Assembly: GCA_028534125.1 (NCBI GenBank)
Contig: CM052818.1
Span: 9,116,001-9,180,000, forward strand
From: Lama glama
Taxonomy: Eukaryota
Reading direction: 5' to 3'
Length of the DNA: 64,000 nucleotides
Within the stretch, counting starts at the first letter, position 1. Every line of letters starts with the position of its first letter. The notes below the pieces were generated by a model. It was not told the origin of the DNA. It worked only from the letters and a program-made list of their open reading frames with translations, and made no database searches. The translations under genes and the position numbers were made by a program. Positions 63,943-64,000 of this stretch are shown here, one piece after another.

Positions 63943-64000
63943 GTGCTAACTCACCTGGTGTTGTGACAGTTAAACTAAAAGAGTTAAAAGATGGTAGGAG

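Overview
Mammalian genomic DNA, most likely camelid: it carries eight copies of a tRNA-derived SINE matching Vic-1 and young camelid-type L1 3' ends. The first ~10 kb holds the last three coding exons and the 3' UTR of FAM161A on the + strand (1146-1245, 8949-9103, 9574-9712). The rest is repeat-rich intergenic sequence with L1, L2, MIR, MaLR/ERV LTRs, hAT and Tigger MITEs, and a full-length dead Tigger2-type transposon at 45949-49351. Two things are not explained by repeats. (1) A heavily decayed non-receptor tyrosine kinase gene remnant on the - strand at ~17.6-20.8 kb. Its kinase subdomain-like motifs occur in the correct order, with an SH2-like piece upstream; the best guess is SYK/ZAP70-like. 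Excising an MLT1 LTR at its 5-bp target-site duplication (TSD) restores the reading frame. (2) An orphan CpG-island promoter at ~38.2-39.2 kb (CCAAT, CRE, NRF1, GC boxes, E2F) with no intact gene attached. Repeat family names and protein similarities are from recalled consensus sequences, not from searches.
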